Source of the DNA: Escherichia phage vB_EcoM_ESCO50
Sequence record: OM386664.1
Strand: one strand, 5' to 3'
Length of the DNA: 64,000 nt
The notes below the pieces were generated by a model. The model did not search any database. It was not told the DNA's origin and saw only the letters and a list, made by a program, of their open reading frames with translations. The translations under genes and the position numbers were made by a program. Each line of letters opens with the position of its first letter. Within the stretch, counting starts at the first letter, position 1. Below, piece after piece: positions 20,553-38,768 of the stretch.

Positions 20553-21601
<1,049 letters not shown>

Positions 21602-21613
21602 GTTGACTAGGTA

Positions 21614-21627
21614 GCCTCTTCGGAGGC
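21614..21627 (+). terminator. Rho-independent terminator (gcctc-ttcg-gaggc followed by tcctttttaaaa)
   Basis: Perfect hairpin plus T-tract directly after stop of 21155..21601. Confidence 0.6.
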
Positions 21628-21631
21628 TCCT

Positions 21632-21759
21632 TTTTAAAAGGTCTTTAAACAGGGTCTTTTAGTAAGGCATGGCTAGGTGAGGTCTGGTAGGGTAGGGTGA
21701 GGTGGGGTTGGGTTGGGTTTGGTATGGAAGGATGGCAGTAGCCTTATAAAAAATCTGCC
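21632..21759 (+). repeat. Composite intergenic element, copy C: aaaaggtctttaaacagggtctttt + GGT-rich tract + hairpin ggcag/ctgcc
   Basis: Read directly. Confidence 0.6.
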
Positions 21760-21778
21760 AAATAAGCTATAAAATCTG

Positions 21779-21813
21779 TTGACAAGTCAGGTGTTATAGC
21801 TTATTTTTATACT
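21779..21813 (+). promoter_or_regulatory. Putative sigma70-type promoter (TTGACA-N17-TATTTT; TATACT further downstream)
   Basis: Immediately follows composite element C; ~40 nt upstream of 21852 ORF. Confidence 0.35.
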
Positions 21814-21851
21814 CAACGTAATACAAAATTTAATATAACTTTGAGGTCATT

Positions 21852-22235
21852 ATGAAAAAGATTTTATTAGCTACTGCAATGGTTATGGCAATGAATTTAC
21901 CAGTCAATGCAACAGAACTTCCAAATGTGAACTTATCAGGTGTTCCAGAAGACACTTGCCAGATTGTTAAAGGTGTTGCTCTATATAGAGGTGAGCTGCT
22001 TAAACCAATCTCTGAAGAGTCTTTAACAGAGATGACTGATAAGGTAACTGACTACCAGTATCGTGTTCTTGCAGAGTATTTCCTGCAATCTGCAAACATT
22101 AAAGAGAAACACCATGACGATATTGATGTACAGGCGATGCTCAATCACCGTATCCAGTTTAAAGAAGATTTGATGCAAAAAGCTATGTATGGTGTTGAGT
22201 ATTTCTTAGAAAACAGAAGCTGCACAGGTATTTGA
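21852..22235 (+). CDS. Secreted/periplasmic protein with cleavable signal peptide
   Basis: N-terminus MKKILLATAMVMAMNLPVNA is a typical Sec signal peptide; 127 aa. Confidence 0.55.
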   Translation: MKKILLATAMVMAMNLPVNATELPNVNLSGVPEDTCQIVKGVALYRGELLKPISEESLTEMTDKVTDYQYRVLAEYFLQSANIKEKHHDDIDVQAMLNHRIQFKEDLMQKAMYGVEYFLENRSCTGI

Positions 22236-22236
22236 T

Positions 22237-22449
22237 ATGGCTCTTAAAAAGTTACATCCCAGAAGCGGTTATGGTAAGATAATTGACGATACAGACGGCT
22301 TTACAGTCTTTACAGTCATCTGTCAAGATGATTCACAGATTGAAAAGGTTCTTGACGATTATCTTAATGATGAACGTGAAAAGGTTAGGGCTACAAACAT
22401 AGATTCATTAATTGACACTTCACGCAAACGGAAGAAGAAAGATGAATGA
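22237..22449 (+). CDS. Hypothetical protein (70 aa)
   Basis: ORF track. Confidence 0.4.
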   Translation: MALKKLHPRSGYGKIIDDTDGFTVFTVICQDDSQIEKVLDDYLNDEREKVRATNIDSLIDTSRKRKKKDE

Positions 22450-22741
22450 GGTTTTTGACCCTTATGCCCCACAAGATGATTGGGAGGCTGATAGAGAGGC
22501 TGAAATGGAGAGTTATATTTGTCCAATGGATGTAGACGAAATGAGAGACTTCGTTGCACATCGTTTTAAGAGAGAGATTAAATCCAGAGGTCTTTCTCAA
22601 GAGCAAGTTGCTAAAATTTGTGGTATCTCTCAGGCTCGTGTGTCCAACATAATCCATCTCACTGGTAACGTCTCCCTTGAGTATATGTTGGAAGTATGTG
22701 AAAAATTTGGTGTTAATTTTAATTTAAGGTTGGCAGATTAA
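22412..22741 (+). CDS. Helix-turn-helix DNA-binding protein
   Basis: RGLSQEQVAKICGISQARVSNIIH resembles an XRE-type HTH. Confidence 0.5.
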   Translation: MTLHANGRRKMNEVFDPYAPQDDWEADREAEMESYICPMDVDEMRDFVAHRFKREIKSRGLSQEQVAKICGISQARVSNIIHLTGNVSLEYMLEVCEKFGVNFNLRLAD

Positions 22742-22742
22742 T

Positions 22743-23102
22743 ATGAAACGTGAAAACATTATCTACTCTGAAAACTTCGCATTAGGCTTTTACGGTGTAC
22801 CTACTCACCTTGAAAAGTATTATGGTGTAAAGATTCTTTCCAATCTTATTATGGCTTACAAAGATGGTAAGATTAAGCATACTGAGAAGAAACGTGTCAT
22901 GGGTTATATGGCTGTAGGTTCAGCAATCTCGAACATTAAGTTGGAAACAACTAGCAGTCAGATTGTGAAAGACCACTTCATCAAAGAGCTTTACCAGAAT
23001 CTTGATGGTGTAGATGTTCAGGCTGTTTGGCTGGATGTTGATGGTCACAACTACACAAGTTTTGTTTTCAAAAACGATGACATTAAGTGCTTGTTCCCAT
23101 AA
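22743..23102 (+). CDS. Hypothetical protein (119 aa)
   Basis: ORF track. Confidence 0.45.
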   Translation: MKRENIIYSENFALGFYGVPTHLEKYYGVKILSNLIMAYKDGKIKHTEKKRVMGYMAVGSAISNIKLETTSSQIVKDHFIKELYQNLDGVDVQAVWLDVDGHNYTSFVFKNDDIKCLFP

Positions 23103-23115
23103 TAGGTGATTAACT

Positions 23116-23631
23116 ATGATTGATATCTTCTTACAAGATGCTCATGCAGATTTCCTTAAAGAGATGCTTAAAAAGTTTATGGCTTCACAGTATGAGAATG
23201 AAGCATCTTTTAAAATAGTTACATGTGGCGATGAAGCTGGTTTTGTTGAGATTGAACATGAAGGTACTGGAAAGACTGTTTGTAAACTACCTGATAGTAT
23301 GTTCTCTAACACATTCTTAACAAAGACTAGTATAAATGTTAAGCTTGTACCGCAGATTGAAACATACTCTGGTACAGATTACCCTAAAGGTTTCAAGTCA
23401 CTGATGAAGTATTTCTTAGATGACTTTGTGGGTAATCTTCTGAGGGAGGTAAAAGAAAGTCGTACAGTGTTAACTGTAGAGAATATAGGAGACACTATAA
23501 GGGTCACTTCTGACTGTTTTGTTATGAGCCTCTTCGACTTCGTTCCTAAGAACTTTGATGGTATTCTGGATGAAGAAGATGACTGTGTAGACTTTATATT
23601 GGTTCTTGAACCAGTTTTTGAGGTTAAATAG
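23116..23631 (+). CDS. Hypothetical protein (171 aa)
   Basis: ORF track. Confidence 0.5.
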   Translation: MIDIFLQDAHADFLKEMLKKFMASQYENEASFKIVTCGDEAGFVEIEHEGTGKTVCKLPDSMFSNTFLTKTSINVKLVPQIETYSGTDYPKGFKSLMKYFLDDFVGNLLREVKESRTVLTVENIGDTIRVTSDCFVMSLFDFVPKNFDGILDEEDDCVDFILVLEPVFEVK

Positions 23632-23892
23632 ATGAAAATTGAACACTGCTATGGGTCTGACGGAACACCTATCCGATGTCCACATTGTGGGTGTACAGAC
23701 TTACAAGGTGAGGTAAGTGAAATAGTCAACGGTCATATTGCTGAAGAGAGTACAAGGTGTACAGGATGTAATGAAATCATTGCTTTCTGGGCTTATGGTT
23801 CATACCAACCTACACCACACTTAATCTACCATAGCAATAAAGCTGTGAAGAATGTTATCAACTGGTTTATTAAGAAAGGATTTACAAAATGA
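23632..23892 (+). CDS. Small zinc-ribbon-like protein (CPHCGC ... CTGCNE)
   Basis: Two CxxC pairs. Confidence 0.45.
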   Translation: MKIEHCYGSDGTPIRCPHCGCTDLQGEVSEIVNGHIAEESTRCTGCNEIIAFWAYGSYQPTPHLIYHSNKAVKNVINWFIKKGFTK

Positions 23893-24434
23893 TTAAATTA
23901 ATCTTTGCAAGTGGTGAAAATGGAGAGTTTGGTACTCCAACTGGTATGCCGTGGCCTCGACATAAGCAAGATATGCAAGAGTTTAAGAGACTCACTAAAG
24001 ACAACTTAGTAGTTATGGGTAATGAGACTTTTAAGACTCTAGGTAGTAAGCCTTTACCAGAACGTGAAAATCTTATCTTAACAAACTCTGTTCCATATTT
24101 GGGTATAGACTTTGACAAAGACGATGTAATGTATGCTAAGGCTAGTAAAGAGTCCTTTGGAGCATTTTTGAAGTATCTTGATAGCTCTATTGATGAAGAT
24201 GTCTTTGTAATTGGTGGTGCAGGTGTTCTTGTCGATGCTTTGCCGTATGCTGGTGTAGTTTTCCATACAGTTTTCCATAAAGTTACTGAAGAGGCCACTG
24301 TGTATTTACCTTTTGAAAACTTCTTCGATAAACTGTATGATAGCCGTGTATTTGCAAAGGTGCAGTCAAGACCTTCAGATGATGGTAAAGCAACCTTTGA
24401 GATTTATGTTCCACAAGTAAAAGGACACTTTTGA
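23889..24434 (+). CDS. frd: Dihydrofolate reductase
   Basis: MIKLIFASGENGEFGTPTGMPWPRHKQDMQEFKRLT matches the DHFR N-terminal signature (G-x-PW, NADPH-binding region); directly upstream of thymidylate synthase, as in T4. Confidence 0.85.
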   Translation: MIKLIFASGENGEFGTPTGMPWPRHKQDMQEFKRLTKDNLVVMGNETFKTLGSKPLPERENLILTNSVPYLGIDFDKDDVMYAKASKESFGAFLKYLDSSIDEDVFVIGGAGVLVDALPYAGVVFHTVFHKVTEEATVYLPFENFFDKLYDSRVFAKVQSRPSDDGKATFEIYVPQVKGHF

Positions 24435-24435
24435 T

Positions 24436-25335
24436 ATGTCACAAGCTGATTTGAGTTACAAAAATATCCTGAACCATGTTTTATCCGTTGGCGAACTGCG
24501 TACTACACGAACTGGAGATGTTATCTCTGCATTTGCTCCACCACAATTTCGTTTTGATATGAGAACTGGTTTCCCACTCTTAACATCTAAACAGGTTTTT
24601 ACACGGCAAGTTATTGGGGAAGCTTTATGGTTCCTGAATGGTGAGAATAAACTTGGTGAACTCCGTTATCGTACTTGGGGTGAAAATGATGGGGAACGCT
24701 GGACTATCTGGTCAGATGATTTTAAACGCTGGTTAAGTTCTAATTATTCTTCTGAACAAGATTGGTTAGAAGATGCAGGTGGGAGAATCTATGGGGTCCA
24801 GTGGAGAAACTTTGAAGGTCATAATGGTTGTGTTGTAGACCAGTTAGAGACCTTAGTAACGAAGATGAAAGGTGATATCACAGACCGTTACATGCTTGTT
24901 AATGCTTGGAATGCAGCAGATATTGCAGCCAACTCGATGGCTTTAGCGCCTTGTCATGTTCTGTTTCAGATTTATATCACTAACGAAGGTGAAGTTGACT
25001 TACAATGGTATCAACGTTCTGTAGACACCTTTTTAGGACTTCCGTTTAACATTGCATCTTATGGTTTTATTCTGGAAGTTCTTTGCAAGATGACTGGATA
25101 CACTCCACGGTACTTGATAGGCGTCTTTGGAGATACTCAGATTTATCAGAACCATATGAAGCAGGTTTATGAACTGATGAACAATGAAGAGTTTCATGCA
25201 CCTACTTTTGAGATTGGTGTGCAGCTTAATACTCTAAGTGATTTAAAACATCTTACTGCAAGTGATTTTATTGGTGGCATTAACAACTACCAACATGCAG
25301 GGAAGATTGAAGCACCCCTGTCAGTAGGTAAGTAA
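24436..25335 (+). CDS. thyA: Thymidylate synthase
   Basis: Active-site region MALAPCHVLFQIY (PCH motif), LWFLNGEN; 299 aa. Confidence 0.9.
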   Translation: MSQADLSYKNILNHVLSVGELRTTRTGDVISAFAPPQFRFDMRTGFPLLTSKQVFTRQVIGEALWFLNGENKLGELRYRTWGENDGERWTIWSDDFKRWLSSNYSSEQDWLEDAGGRIYGVQWRNFEGHNGCVVDQLETLVTKMKGDITDRYMLVNAWNAADIAANSMALAPCHVLFQIYITNEGEVDLQWYQRSVDTFLGLPFNIASYGFILEVLCKMTGYTPRYLIGVFGDTQIYQNHMKQVYELMNNEEFHAPTFEIGVQLNTLSDLKHLTASDFIGGINNYQHAGKIEAPLSVGK

Positions 25336-25344
25336 AACAAAAAA

Positions 25345-25364
25345 GGCTCCCGTAAAAAGGAGCC
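25345..25364. terminator. Bidirectional terminator hairpin (ggctcc-cgtaaaaa-ggagcc) with A/T tracts on both sides
   Basis: Sits between convergent thyA (+) and minus-strand genes. Confidence 0.6.
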
Positions 25365-25378
25365 TTAAAATTTTATTT

Positions 25379-25744
25379 TCAGTGTTCTTCTGTATTCTTC
25401 TCAGTAATAGCTTGGAGGGCTGATACTGATTGAGCCAGATTATTCACACTGTCAGAGAATTTATCAAGAGTTTTGGTAAGTTTTGCGTTTTCACCCTTAA
25501 CATTCTCTAACTGAACTTTCTGGTTCTCCATCCCTAACTGAAGCAATCTCATGTCAGACTGTAAATCACGAATAGCTGAATAGTTACTACTTGTGTAATT
25601 ATCCAACTGTTGTAACTTTGTTTTGACAGACACCTCTTGTTTACCACTTGACACTTGCATGGTGGTATACATTCCGATAACACTAAAAATACCAACTACA
25701 ATTGCACCAATATTATTTTTAAAAGCTTCCTCTAGCCACTTCAT
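25379..25744 (-). CDS. Membrane-anchored coiled-coil protein (121 aa), function unknown (holin/spanin-like topology)
   Basis: One N-terminal TM segment (NIGAIVVGIFSVIGMYTTM) then coiled-coil. Confidence 0.45.
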   Translation of the reverse strand: MKWLEEAFKNNIGAIVVGIFSVIGMYTTMQVSSGKQEVSVKTKLQQLDNYTSSNYSAIRDLQSDMRLLQLGMENQKVQLENVKGENAKLTKTLDKFSDSVNNLAQSVSALQAITEKNTEEH

Positions 25745-25939
25745 TTATTTCTCCCCCTTAAAAGCTTTTTCTAAGTTATCTACGAACTCATCATCAATAG
25801 GTGTGTCTGTTTTACTCGCAAGATATCTTGCAAGCTTAAAGAACACTTTCTCAATCATGTATTCACTTAGAAGGGATAAAATGAGCTTCCAGAAGAAGCT
25901 ACCTAGATTTTTTAGAAGAATTGCTAGGATTGTAGGCAT
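25745..25939 (-). CDS. Small membrane protein (64 aa), possible holin-type
   Basis: Hydrophobic N-terminus, charged C-terminus; downstream of tail-fibre genes. Confidence 0.4.
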   Translation of the reverse strand: MPTILAILLKNLGSFFWKLILSLLSEYMIEKVFFKLARYLASKTDTPIDDEFVDNLEKAFKGEK

Positions 25940-26018
25940 TTAATCACCTCATCAGCCAAGATGGTGAGAATACCCATAAAGAATATTAACACCATCTTAA
26001 CAATCAGTCAACAAGGGA

Positions 26019-28364
26019 TTAAGCAGTTCTTACCCAAGCCATCAGCTTATAGAACTGGTTAGTAACACTAAATGCTGAACCAGAGCCTGTACCGCCAGTG
26101 TTACCGCTTACTGTATGGGTGTGAGCACCAATACCAACACTGTGAGCATGGTTACCATTTGATGCAGCAGTACCAGAGATTGTGTGGGTGTGAGCACCAG
26201 CAGAATCAGTGTAACCCGGTCCTGTACCGATTCTACCACCACCACCGCCAGAATAGTGTGTAGAGTTCTGACCAATCCATGAGATAGCGTGGTTGTGGTT
26301 ACCAGCAGATGAAGTAGAACCACTTACAGAGTGTGTGTGAGCACCAGTCGTGTTAGTGTTTTTTGTTCCGTAGTCAAACGATGAGGTAGTCGCAGAAAAA
26401 CTGTGCGTGTGTGAAGGTAAGTTTCCAACTGCTAACGTAACAGAATCTGAACCACCTGTTGTAGCAACATCTGAACCGTTTGCTGCTGCAATTCTGATAG
26501 TTCTACCAACACCATTGTTCAGATACGTCCAAGTTAGACCAGGCAGTGCTGTATTAGGGTCAACATTACTGTTAAACCACGTTACAATACCTACTGGATA
26601 GATTTTATTCAGGTCTGTAGAGTCACTTACTGCCTGCGCAATCTTCTGGTCAGTTTCTGCTTTAGTGTATGCGCCAATATCTGAAGGGGTTGGTTTAAAT
26701 GCCGTTGAATACAACTGTGCCTCTCCAACATATTCTCCATCTGACCCATAAGCATATGTGAAGACATCAAGACCTCTAGACCCATATGTAAAAGCAATGC
26801 CTCTGGCATGAGCAATACCAGCAGAGTGTGCTACATGGATGGCTAAATCTTTCAGACCCTGCTCAATATCGTTATTTCTTACAAACCCTGAATAATCTTT
26901 ATTGAATGACGCTGTGTCCTCCAACCTATTAGTTGTCCTTACCATTAAAGATTGGTTTAGCAGTTTTGTTTTTAAGAAATACCTAGCATCTAAGTTAGAC
27001 CAATCAGAAGGCTGTACTTGTCCAGTGATTTTGACAGTTTTATTCAACAAGAAATCATCTTGCATATAAATCGTAGTTAAAGTTCTGTCGTTGTGGATAA
27101 TAAGCCTTGTTGGGTTGTCTCTTTCCCCGCTACCAATGTACCATCTTCTCGCATTATCAGCATTATAACCACCAATATATAGCTCATTGTCTTGTGTGGT
27201 GTTCTTTAGCCGTAACAGTGAGCCATTCTGGTTGATAACTTGCGCAGACCTGAAAGTGTTTACATCACTTAGCTTAGCAAGATTACTCAAAGTCCCTGCC
27301 GGAATATATCTAGAGTCAATGTTAGTCCAGTCAGAAGGTTGTACTTGACCAGTTACAGTTAGTGTTTTATTGATATCAACACTTGTCCCTACAGTAATTT
27401 TGCCACTAGTTTTGTAGTTTTCTAGAGCTACGTTATCACCTCCATTATTATTACCAATGTACCATCTGTTGGCACCTGTGCTATCAATCGCTTTAATGTA
27501 CAATGGTTGTGCAGCATTGGCATTCTGTAGCCTAATTACTTCACCATCTTTTTTGAAAACATTTAGTTGGTTGAAAGTGTTAGAGCCACTAAAAGTATTA
27601 TCAGCAGTTAACTGTGCAAATCTCTGATTAGCTACTGTCTGAGTGAAGTATCTAGCATCTAAGTTAGAGAAGTCCGAAGGTTGAACTTGGCCAGTGATTT
27701 GAATTGATTTATTCACAGAGATTAGGTTAGCTAAAATCGCTACGTATGCACCAGATTTAACGTTTTTTAAAACAAGGTTGTCTGTGTTTCTATTATCATT
27801 ACCTAGATACCATCTGTTAGTGCCATCTGCATCTTGACCACGAATATAGAGTGGCATCCCTTGTGTGATATTCTTAAAAATAAGGGCTTCATTGTCAGAG
27901 AGAATATTTTGAGTCCCAGAGAATGTGTTTGTTACAGCAAGCCTTGCATATCTTGCATCATTTTCTTCATTAGTTCTCATCCCAAGTTCATTAGGACTTG
28001 GTTTATTCAAAGTATGATAAACAGTTGCCGACCTTGAAGCATCTGCAATAGTTAGTTTAAGACCATTTGCGTTAATTTTAAAAGTCTTTAAAACATCCCC
28101 AATAGTAATCTCAGAAGAGCCTGTTGGGTCAAATACTGCCTTACCACCATAAAGTAACTTAACAATCCCTAAGTCACCCGTCATAGTGCTACCAGCAATC
28201 TGAACAAATCTTTCAAGTTTAAAAGATGCTAAGAAGTCTTGATAGGTCATTCGACGGTCTTCATCACCCAGCATTTCAGGTCTCTTTTTAACTCTGACAT
28301 GAAGAAGGTCGTCTGAACGAATTGTATCAATTGAGTTTAATTCACTCAACTTGTAATCTGCCAT
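26019..28364 (-). CDS. Tail fibre protein (781 aa) with His-x-His repeat tip domain
   Basis: C-terminal region rich in HTHS/NHNH/AHTHT repeats and Gly/Ser/Thr; ends ...[22 protein letters not shown]. Confidence 0.75.
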   Translation of the reverse strand: MADYKLSELNSIDTIRSDDLLHVRVKKRPEMLGDEDRRMTYQDFLASFKLERFVQIAGSTMTGDLGIVKLLYGGKAVFDPTGSSEITIGDVLKTFKINANGLKLTIADASRSATVYHTLNKPSPNELGMRTNEENDARYARLAVTNTFSGTQNILSDNEALIFKNITQGMPLYIRGQDADGTNRWYLGNDNRNTDNLVLKNVKSGAYVAILANLISVNKSIQITGQVQPSDFSNLDARYFTQTVANQRFAQLTADNTFSGSNTFNQLNVFKKDGEVIRLQNANAAQPLYIKAIDSTGANRWYIGNNNGGDNVALENYKTSGKITVGTSVDINKTLTVTGQVQPSDWTNIDSRYIPAGTLSNLAKLSDVNTFRSAQVINQNGSLLRLKNTTQDNELYIGGYNADNARRWYIGSGERDNPTRLIIHNDRTLTTIYMQDDFLLNKTVKITGQVQPSDWSNLDARYFLKTKLLNQSLMVRTTNRLEDTASFNKDYSGFVRNNDIEQGLKDLAIHVAHSAGIAHARGIAFTYGSRGLDVFTYAYGSDGEYVGEAQLYSTAFKPTPSDIGAYTKAETDQKIAQAVSDSTDLNKIYPVGIVTWFNSNVDPNTALPGLTWTYLNNGVGRTIRIAAANGSDVATTGGSDSVTLAVGNLPSHTHSFSATTSSFDYGTKNTNTTGAHTHSVSGSTSSAGNHNHAISWIGQNSTHYSGGGGGRIGTGPGYTDSAGAHTHTISGTAASNGNHAHSVGIGAHTHTVSGNTGGTGSGSAFSVTNQFYKLMAWVRTA

Positions 28365-28384
28365 TATAAATTTTCCTCTTAAAA

Positions 28385-28400
28385 GGGGCTATACAGCCCC
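28385..28400. terminator. Hairpin ggggct-atac-agcccc between the two tail-fibre genes
   Basis: Perfect inverted repeat; T-tract on minus-strand reading. Confidence 0.45.
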
Positions 28401-28410
28401 TGTAAAGAAA

Positions 28411-29559
28411 TTAAGCTGTTCTCTGCCATACATACAATACGAAGGATGGCTGTTCAACGCTAAATGCTTGACCAGAACCAGTTGTGCCAGTTGTGCCAGA
28501 GTGCGAATGCTCACCTGCTCCGGTTACTGTTACTGTTGCTGAGTGGTTGTGGGAGCCAATTGCAACAGAATGACTGTGAGCACCAATCTCAACTGTGTGA
28601 TTATGCGCACCAATTGCTACAGAGTGAGTGTGGTTGTTAGCTGTTGTCAGTGTAGCTCTCGGGTCATAGCTTGCCCCCTCAACTGATAAACCTCTCCAAC
28701 CACCATCAGCATAACCACGATTAATGAATGTTGTTTGTGTTAAACCAGCAGCACTGGTTGTTCTGTTACCATAGTCATAAGTAGATACAGTCTTTGTTCC
28801 ATAGTCAAACGTTGTAGTCCCTTTAGTACCGTAGTCAAAAGCACTGATAGAGGCCGTTGCACCGTGTGTGTGACCACCACCAGTGACGTATACTGAGTGA
28901 GTATGTGCAGGAATGTTGTTAACTGTCAGTGCAGTAGTCTGCGAACCAAACGTTGAACCAACTGGCCTAGAAGCACTATCATAACCTACAAGTGCTCTTC
29001 CTTTTGAAACTAACTCCCAAGTACCTCCACAAATTAAATATGTAGAAGGGTTTGCAGGATTCATAGAGAGATGGATAGTGCCTACTGGATAAGAAGCCTG
29101 AACAGCCTTGTACAAGTTATTTACTGCTCTTGCTGTAGCATACTTATCTGCATCCTCATTATAAAGGTTAGATGTCACCCAGTTCTGGACATTACTTAAC
29201 CCAACCTGTGCCTTAGTGGTGTTGTGTGGGTTACTCTTATCATCAATATGCTGTTGAATAAGATTATTAACCTCTTCTGAAGACATAATCTGTAGATTTG
29301 CTCTTGCCTCAGCTACATTAACAATGTCTGATAAGTTATTTTCAGCAACTAACTGGAGAGCATTAATAACGTTATCTAAACCAATTTGTGTCTTAGTAAC
29401 ACCATGAGGGTTATTTCTTAGGCTTGAGTGTGGAGCAAGTAATTGCTCAAGAGTACATCTCTTATCCTCGATACCCTGTTTAAGATGGAAGATATCACTA
29501 AGGTCAATTGGTAAGGCTGCTTGAGGCAAGGCACTAATTTGAATTTCACCTACTGCCAT
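28411..29559 (-). CDS. Tail fibre protein (382 aa), paralogous HxH tip domain
   Basis: C-terminus AHTHSV...HTHG...NHTHSVAIGAHNHTVEIGAHSHSVAIGSHNHS...GSGQAFSVEQPSFVLYVWQRTA, paralogous to 26019..28364 tip. Confidence 0.75.
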   Translation of the reverse strand: MAVGEIQISALPQAALPIDLSDIFHLKQGIEDKRCTLEQLLAPHSSLRNNPHGVTKTQIGLDNVINALQLVAENNLSDIVNVAEARANLQIMSSEEVNNLIQQHIDDKSNPHNTTKAQVGLSNVQNWVTSNLYNEDADKYATARAVNNLYKAVQASYPVGTIHLSMNPANPSTYLICGGTWELVSKGRALVGYDSASRPVGSTFGSQTTALTVNNIPAHTHSVYVTGGGHTHGATASISAFDYGTKGTTTFDYGTKTVSTYDYGNRTTSAAGLTQTTFINRGYADGGWRGLSVEGASYDPRATLTTANNHTHSVAIGAHNHTVEIGAHSHSVAIGSHNHSATVTVTGAGEHSHSGTTGTTGSGQAFSVEQPSFVLYVWQRTA

Positions 29560-29561
29560 TA

Positions 29562-37592
<8,031 letters not shown>

Positions 37593-37593
<1 letters not shown>

Positions 37594-37832
37594 TACATTT
37601 TTCCTGCTCTTCTAAGTTCGTTGTAAGCAATTTCCTCTTTATACGACCTCTGAATCTCAAGAAATTGTCTCAATGATAATAAATCAGAGAATGTCATAGC
37701 AAAGAGTTGGTCAAGTGTTTCTTTACACCCTTCCATACCATAAATAGCAAGCACAAATTTCATCTCGTCTGCTTCTTCATAGGTTGCCTCTACAGCAGCA
37801 TCAGTTAGTGGTGTCTGTAGAGTGTTACCCAT
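37593..37832 (-). CDS. Tail assembly chaperone, frameshift-extension part (T-like)
   Basis: In the -1 frame relative to the upstream chaperone ORF; open frame continues upstream to the slippery site. Confidence 0.55.
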
Positions 37833-37834
37833 GT

Positions 37835-38233
37835 TTACTGAGAAGTTAGGCTTTTGAAAATGCTTGCTTCGAAAAAACTTCCGAAGTTTGCCTCCAGCGC
37901 AAATGCTAAGTAATCAATAAATTCACCATAGTTTGCTTGGAAGTATGTATCAATATTAAGTGGGAAGTCATCAACAGTTGCCCCTTGAAATAACAGGGTA
38001 GCCATTTCTTCAAGGTTAATTTCTTCAATTCTGTCAAAACAAGCTTCAACAAGTTCTTTAAATGGAACCGTCGGAGCTTCTTTCTTACCCTTGTCAGTCA
38101 GACTTGATAGCATCTGTGCAAAGGTTGGAACAACAATTTTACCCAACTTCATAGACATCTTGATACCATCTCTTGCCCCAAGCAGAATGATATTTACTTT
38201 CTTACCATTAATTACTCTAGATTCTGTTTTCAT
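37835..38233 (-). CDS. Tail assembly chaperone (G-like)
   Basis: 132 aa between tail tube and tape measure genes. Confidence 0.55.
   Translation of the reverse strand: MKTESRVINGKKVNIILLGARDGIKMSMKLGKIVVPTFAQMLSSLTDKGKKEAPTVPFKELVEACFDRIEEINLEEMATLLFQGATVDDFPLNIDTYFQANYGEFIDYLAFALEANFGSFFEASIFKSLTSQ
37875..37881 (-). promoter_or_regulatory. Candidate -1 programmed ribosomal frameshift slippery heptamer T_TTT_TTC
   Basis: Minus-strand codons agt-ttt-ttc give X_XXY_YYZ heptamer ~12 codons before the stop; -1 frame is open from here into 37593..37832. Confidence 0.5.
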
Positions 38234-38266
38234 TGTGATTCCTTAATACTTTTAAAAGAAACAAAA

Positions 38267-38294
38267 AAGGGGAAGACCTTTTAAAGTCTCCCCC
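38267..38294 (-). terminator. Hairpin plus T-tract downstream of tail tube gene
   Basis: Minus-strand reading: gggggagac-loop-gtcttcccc then ttttttg. Confidence 0.45.
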
Positions 38295-38306
38295 TTATAG
38301 GATTTA

Positions 38307-38753
38307 TTAAACACTTGACGCTGGAATTGTAGAAGTGTAGTCTAGCTTCTCACAACCAAAAACCCAAGTTTTAGAGTTCTGGTCACGACCAAGTTCAATC
38401 TGTGGTAATTCCTGCAACCAAGCGTTAATACCAGTTGCCAGAACAGAGCCTGATGGGTCGTAGATTACGAAGTTAGAAGAGATATCTTCTTCAAGTTCCA
38501 TATTGTCTTGTTTAGCTTGAATTGCAGAAAGCATCTGGTTAGAGAGAGAAGTCTGCATTAACTCAATCTCAATAGTACCTGTCTTGTCTGCATTTCTTGT
38601 CAGAGCAACCTGACCACCTGCACCAACAACTGGTGTCACAAGTGGTGATGTTCTCTGTAGACGTAAGAATGAGTCTGGGGCAAAGCCTTCAATGGCAATA
38701 CCATTCCAGCTACATACAACGTCTTTAGGGGAATATTGCTGATACATAGCCAT
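38307..38753 (-). CDS. Tail tube protein
   Basis: 148 aa immediately downstream of sheath gene. Confidence 0.55.
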   Translation of the reverse strand: MAMYQQYSPKDVVCSWNGIAIEGFAPDSFLRLQRTSPLVTPVVGAGGQVALTRNADKTGTIEIELMQTSLSNQMLSAIQAKQDNMELEEDISSNFVIYDPSGSVLATGINAWLQELPQIELGRDQNSKTWVFGCEKLDYTSTIPASSV

Positions 38754-38768
38754 TCCAATTTACCTCTA

